Positions 40,017 to 53,275 of a DNA stretch of 64,000 nt are shown here, piece by piece. Position numbers and translations under genes: made by a program. Under the pieces are notes generated by a model that ran no database searches, was not told where the DNA came from, and saw nothing but the letters and a program-made list of their open reading frames with translations. Source of the DNA: Mobula hypostoma (lineage: Eukaryota); NCBI RefSeq assembly GCF_963921235.1, contig NC_086097.1:173664001-173728000 (forward strand), in the 5' to 3' direction. Numbering within the stretch: the first letter of the stretch is position 1; the number at the start of each line of letters is the position of its first letter.

Positions 40017-40966
40017 AACAAATGCTTCCTCTTCAAGTATCTATCTAATTCTATCTTGAACATTGATAGTGAATCTGCATCTCCCACTCTCTTGCGCAGT
40101 GTATTCCAGTTCAAAACAACTTACTGTATGAAATAAATATGCCTCATCCAAATCTTCAGCAAATGATCTAAAATATGCAGTCCTCAGTACCAAACTTTCT
40201 TCATTGTTGTATGAGGCCCCTTCATAATTTCCGCTGCCTTTATTAAATTTGCACTTTTTTTTCTCTGTTTCAGAAACAGCCCCAGCTTCCCTATGTTCTC
40301 CATTTAACTGAAGTTCTGTGTCCCAACTATTCTGGGAAACCTCCACTGCACTCTCTGCAAGCCCCTATTTGACATTTTTTCCAAACTGCAATCCACAGAA
40401 TTAGACAACAGTCTATCTGAAATATATCCAATAATTCAGCAGAGTGCTGAGAAATAATAAACACATGTAAACACGATCAAAACAAAACTATGCTTCAAAG
40501 TGATGTGCGACCTGAATTCAGGATTAGTTTCCTGCTATGTATTCCACAGCACCTAACATGTGTTTGGTTTCGTGACTAAAGAGATAAAAGATTCAAGCAC
40601 AGGAAATCCTGGTGAAGGAAAGGTAGTTAATAAGAGAGAGGTAAAGTATTTGCTACCATAAATTACAATTATCAGTCAATGTTCTGTATTAAATAAGCTT
40701 CATTTAGCCTGTTGCATTAACCAAAACTGAAACTGAACTAAGTCACCAAAGACATAAGTAGCTTAGTGTTTAAAATATCTGACCACCATGACTAGCATTC
40801 AAGAATGTAAGAACATCAAACAGGTGTCAAAATGTTTTGGGTTAATTTCCTGCCTTAAATTAAAGTTAGTATTTTGGACTTCTACCTGATACAACATGAA
40901 ACCAAAATCACAGTGAAAAACTTCAAATTTAAAGAATTAAGAGAAGGCTGAAAAAGAACATATTAC

Positions 40967-41161
40967 CTTGACATAGCAGTGCACATAGCAGTAGTGCAAT
41001 AAGTTATCAGATGGCTGATTAAGGCTGCTGACAGTGGGTATAAGTTGTCCAGTATACATTGGCACTGAATATTCCAAACTAACTTTGTCCACCTGTACTC
41101 TCAAGGCAGGTAGGGGCCGCAATGGATGAAATTGCGGAGCATTTATATAAGGTACAGAATG
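40967..41161 (-). CDS. VPS13B: VPS13B internal coding exon (195 bp, phase 0/0): HSVPYINAPQFHPLRPLPALRVQVDKVSLEYSVPMYTGQLIPTVSSLNQPSDNLLHYCYVHCYVK
   Basis: Acceptor ttttcttctttcag| and donor AAG|gtaata. Contains the motif QPSDNLLHYCYVHCY, which I recall from VPS13B. Confidence 0.95.
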
Positions 41162-43209
41162 CTGAAAGAAGAAAATATTTACATTACTTTTATACAAATC
41201 ATGTTTGCCATACACTAAGAATACACTAATTGATGCATTGTGAGAACAAATAAAATGAGATGTAGTACTATTGCACAGTATTCAAAACTGAATGCTGAGT
41301 CCAGAAGGACACAGCTAACAGGATATATAACAGAGGATGAGCAAGCTAACTAAGAAAATTTCTCTAATCAATCCTGCTAACATCAAAATAGTACTGGTGT
41401 TAATGAATATACTACAACTCTTGTGAAGTCACTGTCATATTTACATCAGCTTTTTTGGATGGCACACCAACACATGACTCAGATTGAGAACTACTCAGGA
41501 AGTTCAAAACCAGTCATCAATAAGACCCAGTGAGCTGGCAGAAACAGTAGAATTGTATTCCACCTGTGTAGTCTATCATCATCCTCACTCTACAATTACC
41601 ATCAATCCAACGATACAGCAAAAATAAGACAGGCCAAGAACAGCAGCAGGTACTTGAAATGTCTTAAAGTCAATAATTTCCTCAAAGCAGTATGCTAAAC
41701 CCAATCATATTTAGTTACTTTATCACTAACCTTACTTCAAATACAAGGTCAAAAGTGAATGTCTGCAGTTATGAATTTCATTCACAAACAATGCAGCAAA
41801 GCTTACATACCACATACCATTCTGGCATGGGTTGTTTAAATGCCAAATTTGTGCAACACAATCACTTGCCATGAGCATCTCCAAAAAAATTAGCCACCTA
41901 CTTTTGAGTCTTGTCTCCTACTTTTGACCATTTCAAAGTCACACCATCAACACCCAGGAGGGAAGGAGAAGGCACAACTGAACAAAAATTTAAATATACA
42001 ACTATGTAAACACTGTGGCTACAAGAGTGGGTCAGAATCTAGCATTCTTCAGTATCATTCAATACTAGATACCTAAGGACTTTCCAGCATTAAAAGACAA
42101 ATCAGGAATATAACAGAATGCTTTCCATTTACCTCGATACCTGTAAGTAAAATTCCAATTCCACTGAAGAGGTTCAAGCCAGCCAAATGATTCCTCTCCA
42201 TCAACTGTGCTAATCTTCAATATCTCTACCACCTGTGCCTACCATCTGCAAAATGTTTTGCATATGTTCACCAAGGCACCTCACAAACTTGTCAACCTAT
42301 TCTCTGTGAGAACAGAATTAACTTAGAATACTATCACACACAAATTCCTTTCGGATCACATAACTATCCTGATTTGGAAATACACAGTTCTTCCTTCATC
42401 ATCACTGGGGCCAAATTCTAAAATTACCTTCCCTTGGGACAAAACTTATATGGGCAATAGTGGTTCAAATAGGTTACTACAACATTAGTAATTATAATTA
42501 CAGTGGGCACATTTTGCAAAACAATTTTTAAAGCTCTGCTAATATTAAAATTATAGCATTATTGTTGTCATATCAATCAAGTTCCCTAACCTTACTTTAA
42601 TTCCATACACATTAACCTTCGCTAATAGTTTTTTTTATTTTTACAAAGATTTCCTGAATATCCATGTTCATCATATCCACCACTGAACTTCTCATCAGTG
42701 CCTAAATCAAAATATTAAAATATTCAACAGCAAAATTTCATTCCTGAAAGCAGTGTTGACTTCCTAAAAATATTTTCTGAATCTAGATATTCACTTTGCA
42801 CATTATAAATTTATAAATTGATGATCACCCTATGACAACAAGCAGGATGGTGGAGTTTAACAAAATTCAAAAACATCACTATTGACAGGCAAGGCAGGTT
42901 CAAAGGAACATATGATATACCCTCATTTGCAGTTCTTAAATTCTCTCATTTTAAACACTATTGTTTCTTATTGCAAAGAATCCTCTTTCCTCATATCCAA
43001 TTACAAGGACACTTTTTTTTTATTATTTTACATCTGCTTTATTTTGAATCAAAATATGGCAGAAAGTAAAAATTACTGTTGTTTAAAGACAAGCTCTGTC
43101 CTTATTTTCAAATCTATTTGAAGAAATCCAATGACATCCGAAAGAAAAATTCCCACTTCCTTTCTTGCAAATACTTTTAGAAGATTTTTTGGAGAAAGAG
43201 GCTCATTAC

Positions 43210-43379
43210 CTTTTGACCTAAAATTATAGGAAGTAAGTTGTCAAGAAGATTGAACTCAGCCAGGGTAATTGTAAATGTGCATTTTAAAACAGTAATACAT
43301 GTTAATCTGGTTGGAATATATTCTTCCAAAGCAGCAACCTCCTCTGGGCTTGGTAACGTTCTGTTCTCATCCTCTGTAT
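43210..43379 (-). CDS. VPS13B: VPS13B internal coding exon (170 bp, phase 1/0): DTEDENRTLPSPEEVAALEEYIPTRLTCITVLKCTFTITLAEFNLLDNLLPIILGQK
   Basis: Not in the ORF track; translated by hand. Acceptor aacctttcag| and donor AAG|gtaatg. Matches recalled VPS13B ..PEEVALLEEYIPTR..AEFNLLD.LLP.. and is in frame with both neighbouring exons. Confidence 0.94.
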
Positions 43380-44149
43380 CTGAAAGGTTTCAAACAAGCA
43401 ACGTTAGTGTAAGTATCAGCATTTTTAGAATAACTTTGGAAAGCAAACAAATGCTTGATTGGATGACTTTCAACCAATTACATACTAAAATAGTGACTGT
43501 CTTCAAAGTACTTTATAAGTGCAATGGCATAGTGAATGGATGACAACTGTTGTGGGGCTGCAATGGGACAAGTTAAAATATATTTAAAAACTAGAGCCAA
43601 AAAAATTGTATTTTCCCTGATGAATCATGCAACTATCCTCCTACAAAGTATTGTACCAAAATAAACTACCAGGGCAATTTGCAACAAGTTATCAAAAGAA
43701 ATTTGAAACCAAGCCACACAATGATATAGCAGGTGACCAAAAGCTTGGTCATACAAAGAAAAGTTAAGAGGAAGCTTTAGAGGAAATTCTACACCTGACA
43801 TTCTTGCCAACTATTGGTACATGCACCAACAATTGAGAAATTAAATTTAGGGTTGCCCAGTAGAACAATGTCCAAGTATTTTTAAATACAAAATTACATG
43901 CATTTAAGGTGGGGAGGCGGAGCTGAAGGTAAATGTGTGAGAGTGAGGTCTTTTTATATACAGTGGTGGGTGCCTGCAACAGGTTGCCAGGAGAAAGAAG
44001 CAGATGTAATGGTGGCATTTAAGATCCTGCTAGATTGACATGTGAAAATGCAGGGAATAGAAGGATCTGGATCATGTGCAGGTGGAAAGATTTGGTTTCA
44101 TTTACCATCATGTAAAGACATCATGGGCTGAAGGGCCATGTAGTTGTGA

Positions 44150-44500
44150 ACTTCCCATGATTCAGGACATTTACAAAGGCAGGTGTGAAAAAAGGACCCA
44201 AAGGATCATTGGTGACCCGAGTCGCCCCAACCACAATCTATTCCAGCTGCTACCATTCGGGAAACAGTACCGCAGCAAAAAAGCCAGGACTAACAGGCTC
44301 CGGGACAGCTTCTTCCACCAGGCAATCAGACTGATTAACTCATGCTGATTTGAGTGTATAGCTATGTTACACTGACTGTTCTATTTATTATAAATTATTA
44401 TATATTACTATAAATGCACATTGCACATTTAGACAGAGACATAACGTAAAGATTTTTACTCATGAATGCGAAGGATGTAAGAAATAAAGTCAATTCATTT
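44150..44500 (+). mobile_element. Rex1/Babar-type LINE 3' fragment inserted in a CR1 tail (about 43900-44525)
   Basis: HNLFQLLPFGKQYRS..TNRLRDSFF.QAIRL.N is homologous to the C-terminus at 47721-48038; ends AATAAAG. Confidence 0.8.
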
Positions 44501-44649
44501 CCTGTATTGTACAGTTCTGTGTTTTATATTCACGTACAATAAAGAGGGCTGTATGACAGGAATGGGTTACAAAAGTATGTGCAAAGCTACAGAGAGGTTT
44601 GAAAAGACTGAGAACATTAACTTTTTGTTACTTTTTTGTTTTAAAGATA

Positions 44650-46120
44650 TAGTGCCTTATAAGAGTATTCAGCACCCAACCCTTTGTTCATACAAATGAG
44701 TATTTCAATCAGGGACTTTGATCAATTTAACTGAGAATTTTTATTTGTGTAGTATACACTCCTTTTTTTCCACAGTAGAGTCCCTAAAAACTAGGAAAAT
44801 TGTAAAGCATGAGAAACTAAAAAATTAAAAACTGAAATGACAGCAGTTCAAAAGTATTCATCCTTGCTTTCCTTAGTTCTGAATTGAACCACCTCTAACA
44901 GCTATAAAACAGCCAGTAGTCTTTTTGGATGAGGCTATATTCGCTTTGTACAACGTGATGGAGCAAGATTTGCCCATTCCTCCAGGTAACGTTGCACAAG
45001 CTGTGCCAGATAGGTTGGGAGTGATTTTGAGGGCAGCAATTTTGAGGTCTTGCCAGAGATGTTCAATCAAATGAAAGTCAGGACTCTGACTGGGCCTCTC
45101 AAGGACATCAATTTTCTTCATTTAAAGCCACTACCATGGCTGCTCTGACAGCATACTTTGGGTTGTCCTGCTGAAAAATGAACTTACTTCCCTGTTTAAG
45201 TTTTCTGACAAAGGCTAGCTGTTTCTTTTCAATCCAGGGTCTTACATCAATCCTGACCAGATTTCCAGTCCCTGCTGCTGCAAAGCATCCCAATGGCATG
45301 ATGATATGTCCATCTTACTTTGGACAGAGATGGTGTTACCAAGTTGGTGCACAGTATTAGATTTACGCTATGTTGAAGCCTAACAGTTCCACTTTAGTTT
45401 CATCTGACCACAAGACATCTTTATAGTATCTTCTAAGCGATGCTTTGGAAAGTCTTTACGGACAATGATATGCTATTTTTTGAGCCATGGCATCTTCCTT
45501 GACATTCATCCATAAATACCCTTTTTGGCAAGGCCGTAGAGATTGTGGAGCCATGAACTTCATCTCCCATTATAGCTACAGACTTCTTCAGCTAACTTGG
45601 TGGAATGTTGGCATCATACTACCCTCTCTTACAAGTGCCATTCTTCTCCATCACCTAAGTTCAGAGGAGTGGCCTGACCTAGGCAGAGTGGCTGTGATTT
45701 CATATTTTTTCCACTTTTTCATGATGGACTGCACTAAACTCGAAGGTATATTCACTGCTATTAAGATGGTCTTGTACCCTTCCCTAATTGTGTGCTTTTA
45801 TAATTATCAGTTCTTTGACTTCTCTTGAATGGTCTTTTGTCTTCACTTTGCTTTGGTCTGTCGAAAATCTACCAGACTGTTGGACCTTACAAAGAGGGGG
45901 TATTTATTCTTATGAATTCATTGCTAACATGCGATCATACAAATTTCTACATCAACAAATTGTGTGAATTGTAAGATAATGTACAGTATTCCAACTGAGG
46001 AAAATTAGCGTAGTAATGACAAAAGGAATGAATATTTTTTCAGCCTCACAATTTTGACTATTGATTTTTAGTAAATTTTTCCGAGATCCTAGAATTTTTC
46101 TTTTGATTTGATACAAAATG
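44650..46120 (-). mobile_element. Decayed Tc1 transposon
   Basis: FQQDN and (W)PSQSPD..LIEHLW DDE-domain remnants; terminus (T)AGTGCCTTATAAGAGTATTCA with an internal repeat CAGTTCAAAAGTATTCA. Confidence 0.88.
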
Positions 46121-46124
46121 TTTC

Positions 46125-47030
46125 TTGACATGAAAGCAAAAATTAGTGGGAAGACAGATGATTGGGAAGCTTTTAAAACCCTACAGAGAGCAACTAAAAG
46201 AATCATTAGGAGGGAGAAGATAAAATATGAAAGCAAGCTAGCAAACAATATCAATGTGTATAGTAAAAGCTCTTTCAAGTACCATAAGGCCATAAGAAAT
46301 AGGAGCAGAATTAGGCCAATTCGCCCATCAAGTCTGCTCCGCCGTTCAATCATGGCTGAACCCTCCTCAGCTCCCCGCTCCAGCCTTCTCCCGTAAGCTA
46401 TGATGTTGTGTCCAATAAAGAACATATCAGTCTCCATTTTAAATACATCCAACAACCGGGCCTCCACAGCTACATGTGGCAACAAATTCCGCAAACTCAC
46501 CACCCTCTGGCAAAAGAAGTTTCTCCACATCTCTGTTTTAAATGGACACCCCTCTATCCTGCGGCTATGCCCTCTTATCCTGGACTCCCCTACCATGGGA
46601 AACATCCATTCCACATCAACTCTGCCTACGCCTTTCAACATTTGAAAAATTTCAGTGAGGTCACCCCCATCCTTCTAAATTTCAGCAAGTACAAGCCCAA
46701 AGCCAAAAATCATTCCTCGTTTAATAACCCTTTCAATCCCGGAATCATCGTAACCGCCTCTGGACCTTTTTCAATGTCAGCACATGTTTTCTTAGATAAG
46801 GAACATAAAACTGTTCACCAGTGCCTTAAAAAGCCTCAGCATTGCATCCTTGCTCTTGTATTCTAGATCTCTTGAAATAAATGCTAATGTTGCATTTGCC
46901 TTCCTCACCACCGACTCCACCTGCAAGTTAATCTTTAGGGTGTTCTGCACAAGGACTCCCAAGACCCTTTGCATCTCAGACTTCTGGATTTTCTCCCGGT
47001 TTAGAAAATACTCTGCGCATTTAGTTCTAC
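46125..47030. mobile_element. Two abutting CR1 pieces: plus-strand ORF2 linker (46125-46282) and minus-strand 3' region (46283-47030)
   Basis: KAKISGKTDDWEAFK.. on +; CCATAAG tail and RT C-terminus on -. Confidence 0.85.
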
Positions 47031-47159
47031 TCATCATCATCATGGCTTGGCTTCGCGAACAAAAATGTAGTAAGGGGGCTGCCCACGTCTGCTGCAGGCT
47101 CGCTAGTGGCTGACAAGGCCAATACGGGACAGGCAGGCCCGGCCACAGTGGGTGGGGGC

Positions 47160-47686
47160 CACTGCACCACCCCAGCCTGTGACCAGTCAGTCTAACACAC
47201 CATCATCAGTGTGCTCGGCAAGCTGTCTTCCCGATTCCCGTAAGTGATACTACACTGTACATACATTATTTCTACTTTATATAGGCTGTGTATTTTTACG
47301 TGTTATTTGGTATGATTTGGCAGCTTCATAGCTTAAAGGTTACTGGAGAGAGTGTTCTTGCCAACAGCGCTTGCGTGAGATTTTCTGCCGACGGCGCTTG
47401 CGTGAGATTTTCGCTACGGAGAACAGTTCAGTAATGATTGTGGAGAAGTATTTCTACTTTATATAGACCGTGTATTTATCATATCATTCCTGGTTTTACT
47501 ATATGTTACTGTTATTTTAGGTTTTATGTGTTATTTGGCATGATTTGGTAGGTTATTTTTGGGTCTGCGAACGCTCACAAAATTTTCCCATATAAATAAA
47601 TGGTAATTGCTTCTTCGCTTTACGACATTTCCACTTACGAACCATTTCATAGGAATGCTCTACCTTCGGATGGCGGGGGAAACGTG
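47160..47686. mobile_element. Tigger/pogo-like DNA transposon fragment (one end)
   Basis: Ends ..TACCTTCGGATGGCGGGGGAAACGTG followed by TA; its body is also present, inverted, inside 48629-49180. Confidence 0.6.
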
Positions 47687-47689
47687 TAT

Positions 47690-50600
47690 ATTAAAAAGAA
47701 GTGAGGTAGTGTCCAAAGATTCAATGTCCATTTAGGAATCGGATGGCAGAGGGGAAGAATCTGTTCCTCAATCGCTGAGTGTGTGCCTTCAGGCTTCTAT
47801 ACCTCCTACCTGATGGTAACAGTGAGAAAAGGGCATGCCCTAGGTGCTGGAAATCCTTAATAATGGACGCTGCCTTTCTGAGACACTGCTCCCTAATGAT
47901 GTCCTGGGGACTTTGTAGGCTAGTACCCAAGATGGAACTGACTAGATTTATAACTTCTGCAGCTTCTTTCGGTCCTGTGCAGTAGCCCCTCCATACCAGA
48001 TAGTGATCCAGCCTGTCAGAATGTTCTCCATAGTACAACTATAGAAGTTTTTGAGTGTGTTTCTTGACATGCCAAATCTCTTCAAACTCCTAATAAAGTA
48101 TAGCTGCTGTCTTGCCTTCTTTATAACAACATTGATATGTTGGGACCAGGTTAGATCCTACACCCAGGAACTTGAAGCTGCTCACTCCAATTCTGTTCCC
48201 TCTATGAGCATTGGTATGTGCTCCTTCGTCTTACCCTTCCTGAAGTCCACAATCAGCTCTTTCATCTTACTGACGTGAGTGCCAGGTTGTTGCTGTGGCA
48301 CCATTCCACTAGTTGGCATATCTCACTCCTGAAGGACCTCTCGTCACCACCTGAGATTCTATCAACAATGGCTGTATTGTCAGCAAATTTATAGATGGTA
48401 TTTAAGCTATGCCTAGCCACACAGTCATTATATAAAGAGTAAAGCAGTGGGTTAAGCACACACCCCTGAGGTGTGCCAGTGTTGATTGTCAATGAGGATG
48501 ATATGTTGCCACCAACCTGCACAGACTGTGGTCTAATGCAGCAGTCCCCAACCACCGGGCCGCCAGGAAACAATATGAGTCAGCTGCACCTTTCCTCATT
48601 CCCTGTCACGCACTGCTGAACTTGAACATAGGGTTTCCAACTGTCCCGTATATTGGGCTAAATTGGTTTGTCCCATATGGGACCGCCCTTCTCCCGTATC
48701 TCCCCAGCTAAGGTAAAGCGTTCCTACGAAACCTTTCTTGCCGAAATGGCGTAAAGCGAAGAAGCAATTACCATTAATTTATATGGGAAAAATTTTGGAG
48801 CGTTCCCAGACCCAAAAAATAACCTAACAAATCATACCAAATAACACATAAAACCGAAAATAAATAACAGTAACATATAGTAAAAGCAGGAATGATATGA
48901 TAAATACACAGCCTATATAAAGTAGAAATAATGTACGTACAGTGTAGTTGGGAAAATTAAGCCGAAACTGATTTGTGGAAAAAAATTAGCACATACGCAC
49001 ATGCGCACGCACGTCACGCATACGCACACAGGAGCCCGCGCAAGGCTTCATGGTCATGGTAGTCTTTCTCGGGGTAAATGCAAATGTCCCGTATTTGACT
49101 TCTACTTTTGTCCCTTATTTGGGAGTGAGAAAGTTGGCAATCCTAACCGTAAAAGACATGTTAAGGTGAGTTTAACCCTACTTGAACACCCTCCCCCCCC
49201 ACCCACCTCGGTCGGCCGGTCCCCAAGAATATTGTCAATATTAAACCGCTCCGCGGTGCAAAAAAGGTTGGGGACCCCTGGTCTACTGGTTAGGAGGTCA
49301 AGGGTCCAATTGCTGAGGGAGGTGCAGAGGCCCAGGTTCTACAACTTCTCAATCAGGATTGTGGGAATGATGGTATTAAATGCTGAGCTATAGTCCATGA
49401 ACAGCATCCTGACATAGGTGTGTGTTGTCCAGGTGGTCTAAATCTTTGTGGAGAGCCACTGAGATTCTGTCTGCCGTCAACCTATTGAGGCGATAGGCAA
49501 ATTGCAATGGGTCCAGGTCCTTGCTGAGGCAGGAGTTCAGTCTAGTCATGACCAACCTCTCAAAGCATTTCATCACTGTCGATGTGAATGCTACCTGGTG
49601 ATAGTAATTAAGGCAGCCCAAATTATTCTTCTTAGCCACTGGTATAATTGTTGCCTTTTTGAAGCAAGAGGGAACTTCCGCCAGTAGCAGTGAGAGATTG
49701 AAAATGTCCTTGAATACTCCCGGCAGTTGGTTGACACAGGTTTTCAGAGCCTTACCAGGTACTTCATCGGGACCTTCTGCCTTGCAAGGGTTCGCTCTCT
49801 TAAAAGACAGCCTAACATTGGCCTCTGAGACAGAGATCACAGGGTCATCAGGGATCTTCACAGCTGTAGTTGTGTTCTCTCTTTCAAAGCGTGCATAGAA
49901 GGCGTTGAGTTCATCTGGTACTGAAGCATCACTGCCATTCATGCCATTGGGTTTCGCTCTGTAGGAAGAAATATCTTACAGACTCTACCAGAGTTGCCGT
50001 GCATCTGATGTCACCTCCAACCTCATTCAAAATTGTCTCTTCACCCTTGAAATAGCCCTCCACAAACCATACCTGATTTTCTGGTACAGGTCTGGGTCAC
50101 CAGACCTGAATGCCACAGATCAAGCCTTCAGCAGACAACGTACCTCCTGGTTCATCCATGGCTTTTGGTTTGGGAATGCACAGTAAGTCTTTGTGGGCAC
50201 ACACCTATCTACACAGGTTTTAATGAAGTTGGTAACAAATGCAGCATACTCATCCAGGTTCAAAGATGAATCCCTGAATACAGTCCAGTCCACTTATTCA
50301 AAGCAGTCCTGTAGGCGCTCCTGTGCTTCCCTTGTCCATACCTTCTTAGTCCTCACTACTGGTGCTGCAGTCTTCAGTCTCTGCCTATACTCAGGGAGTA
50401 GAAGTACAGCTAGGTGATCAGACTTCCCAAAGTGAGGGTGTGGAATAGCATGGTAGGCATTCTTGATGGTAATGTAGCAATGGTCCAGTGTGTTGTTTCC
50501 CCTGGTATTGTAAGTAATCTGTTGATGGTAGTTGCTCAGTGAGTTTTTCAGACTGGCCTGGTTAAAATCTCCCAAAACGATGGTGAAGGTGTTAGGGTGC

Positions 50601-50910
50601 GCTGTTTCATGCATTGACCCCATTGCTCAGATCGCCTAAAGCTTGCTTGACATTGGCCTGGTGTGGAATGTAAACTGCTACCAAAATGACCCCAGAGAAC
50701 TCCTGTGGTAGGTAAAAAGGATGGCACTTTACTGCTAGATATTCCAGGTCTGGTGAGCTGAATTGGGACAGCACTGATATATTTGTTCACCAAGAAGAGT
50801 TGATCATGAGGCATATTCCTCCACCTCACTTTTGAGAGACTCTATAGATCTATCCTGACGGTGTATAATAAACCTGTCGATCTGGATCGCTGCATCCGAT
50901 ACAGAAGGGG
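47690..50910 (-). mobile_element. Rex1/Babar-type LINE (APE endonuclease plus RT), decayed and interrupted by a hAT composite
   Basis: LGDFNQ, TLDHCY and FGKSDH (endonuclease); GPD, MKCFERLV, DPLQFAYR, GTPQGCVL.PLLYSLY and KFAD (RT); LLPSGRRYRS C-terminus. Confidence 0.92.
48539..49280. mobile_element. Composite non-autonomous hAT element (family of 7784-8858, opposite orientation) containing an inner TAGGG-ended element at 48629-49180
   Basis: Outer TIRs CAGCAGTCCCCAACC / GGTTGGGGACCCCTG with TSD GTCTA(A/C)TG. Inner termini TAGGGTT / AACCCTA flanked by an 8-bp repeat CTTGAACA. Confidence 0.92.
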
Positions 50911-50954
50911 TCTCCTACAGCCTATTTCCTCAAAACTATCTGCCCCTCCACCAA

Positions 50955-52272
50955 CTTTTGATGGAGAAGATCCTGAGAGGCAGGATTTATGAAATTTGGA
51001 GAGGCATAATATGATTAGGCATAGTCAGCATGGTTTCGTCAAAGGCAGGTTGTGCCTGACGAGATTGATTAAATTTTTTGAGGATGTGACTAAAAACATT
51101 GATGAAGGTAGAGCAGTAGATGTAGTGTATATGGATTTCAGCAAGGCATTTGATAAGGTACCCCATGCAAGGCTTAGTGAGAAAGTAAGGAGGCATGGGA
51201 TACAAGGGGACCTTGCTTTGTGGATCCACAGTTGGCTAGCCCACAGAAGGCAAAGAGTGGTTGTAGACGGGTCATGTTCTGCATGGAGGTCAGTGATCAG
51301 TAGTGTGCCTCAGGGATTTGTTCTGGGATGCCTTCTTTTTGTGATTTTTATAAATGACCTGGGTGAGGAAGTAGAGGGATGGCTTAGATTTGCTTAAATT
51401 TGCTGATGACACAAAGGTCGGGGCTGATGTGGATAGTGTGGAGGGCTGTCAATGATTACAGCGGGACATTGATAGGATGCAAAACTGGGCTGAGAAGTGG
51501 CAGATGGAGTTCAACCCAGGTATGTGTGAGGTGGTTCATTTTGGTAGGTCAAATATGATGGCAGAATATAGTATTAATGGTAAGACTCCTGGTAGTGTGG
51601 AGGATCAGAGGGATCATGGGGTCCAAATCCATAGGACACTCAAAGCTGCTGCGCAGGTTGACTCTGCAGTTAAGAAGGCATATGGTGCATTGGCCTTCAT
51701 CAACCGTGGGATTGAGTTTAAGAGACGAGTGTTAATTTCACAGCTTTATTGGACCCTGGTCAGACCCCACTTGGAGGACTGTGTTCAGTTCTGGTCACCT
51801 CACTACAAGAAGGATGTGGAAACTAGAGAAAGGGTGCAGAGGAGATTTACAAGGATGTTGCCCAGATTGGGGAGCATGCCCTATGAGAATAGGTCGTCAA
51901 CTTGGCCTTTTCTCCTTGGAGTGACGGAGGATGAGAGGTGACCTAATAGAAGTGCATAAGATGATGAGAGGCATTGGTCATGTGGATAGTCAGAGGCTTT
52001 TTCCCAGGGCTAAAATGGCTAACTCAAGAGGGCACAATTTTAAGCTGCTCGAAAGAGGGTACAAGGAGATGTCAGGGGTAAGTGTTTTTTTCACGCAGAG
52101 GGTTGTGCGTGCATGGAATGGGTCTTTTTAGAGATTCCTGGATAGATACATGGAACTTAGAAAAATAAGAGGGCTATGGACAACCCAAGGTAATTTCTAA
52201 GCTAAGTACATGTTCGGTGCAGCATTGTGGGCCAAAGGGCCTGTATTGTGCTGTAGGTTTTCTATGTTTCTA
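50955..52272 (+). mobile_element. 5'-truncated CR1 LINE (RT plus 3' end)
   Basis: QHGFVKGR, YMDFSKAFDKVPH, VPQG, FADDTK and RPHLE.CVQFWSP motifs; tail TTCTATGTTTCTA. Confidence 0.95.
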
Positions 52273-52679
52273 ATATATTTTAAATTTAGAAAATGAGACA
52301 ATAAAATATGAAACTAACTGTTGGAGCTGAAAAGTTTTTCAAGGTACTGCACAGCACAAAAACAGACTCTTCCATGCCGCCTAATTACACCCATGTGGCC
52401 AATTAACTTACTAACCCAAACATCTTTGGAATATAGTAGGAAATTAGAGCACCCAGAGGAAACCCAATCAATGAAGGCCATCAAGCACAGGAGTGATGGA
52501 ACATCTTATACTCGTGAACACTTGTTTTAGATTACTTGAAAGAAAGAACATCTTCCCTTTCAAAGGTCAGCATAATTTTAAATATCTGTACAGGAAAGGA
52601 AGGGGACAGAGGCAAGAACCAGAGGAGGGGATGGAATGCATGCTGACAAGCGATTGGTGAGACAAGGTGAGGTGGGTGC

Positions 52680-53275
52680 ACTTTGACGGTTTATTGCCCT
52701 CCATACATGCTGCCTGACTTGCTGGGTTCCTCCAGCATTTTCTGTGTATTTCTGTACAATTTGTGTTTAAATATCTGTAAATGTTTGCCTCCAAGCCTTC
52801 TCTCCTCCACCTGTCAGAACATTTCCTTACCCTTAACTTCTCTTTAGATTCCTCTCAATTTCTACAAAACACACTCTTCCCACTGGGTTCCCTCTCCCAT
52901 CTGTTCACAGCATCTCTCTTATATGATCCCAAGCTCCACCTTCCTTTCACACCAAATTCCATTCTCTACAGCCCTCTGTTGCCCGCACCTATCACCTCCC
53001 AGCCTCTACTGCTATTGCCACTGTTCTCTCTTCCATCTGCTTTTCACTGCTCCTCACTTGGATTCACTGTTGCTTGCCATCTCTTGCTCCAATTTCCCCT
53101 CACTGCTTAATACAGGCTTTCTCCTCTCTAGTTTTCAGTCCAGGTAAGGCTTCTCAGCCCAAAATGCTGACTGTCCATTTCCCAAAACAGATGTTGCCTG
53201 ACCCAATGAGTTCCTCCAGCAGTTTGTTTTTTTTTTTCAATCCAGATTCAAGCATCTGCTGTCTCTTTTGTCAAG
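52680..53275 (+). mobile_element. Degenerate Penelope-derived 3' region(s)
   Basis: Two decayed copies of ATGCTGCCTGAC.TGCTG.GTTCCTCCAGCA around a pyrimidine-rich spacer. Confidence 0.6.

Noticed and set aside
45952..46641. 229-aa ORF
   Set aside because: Chance read-through from a CR1 3' region into antisense CR1 and Tc1 sequence; no coherent protein.
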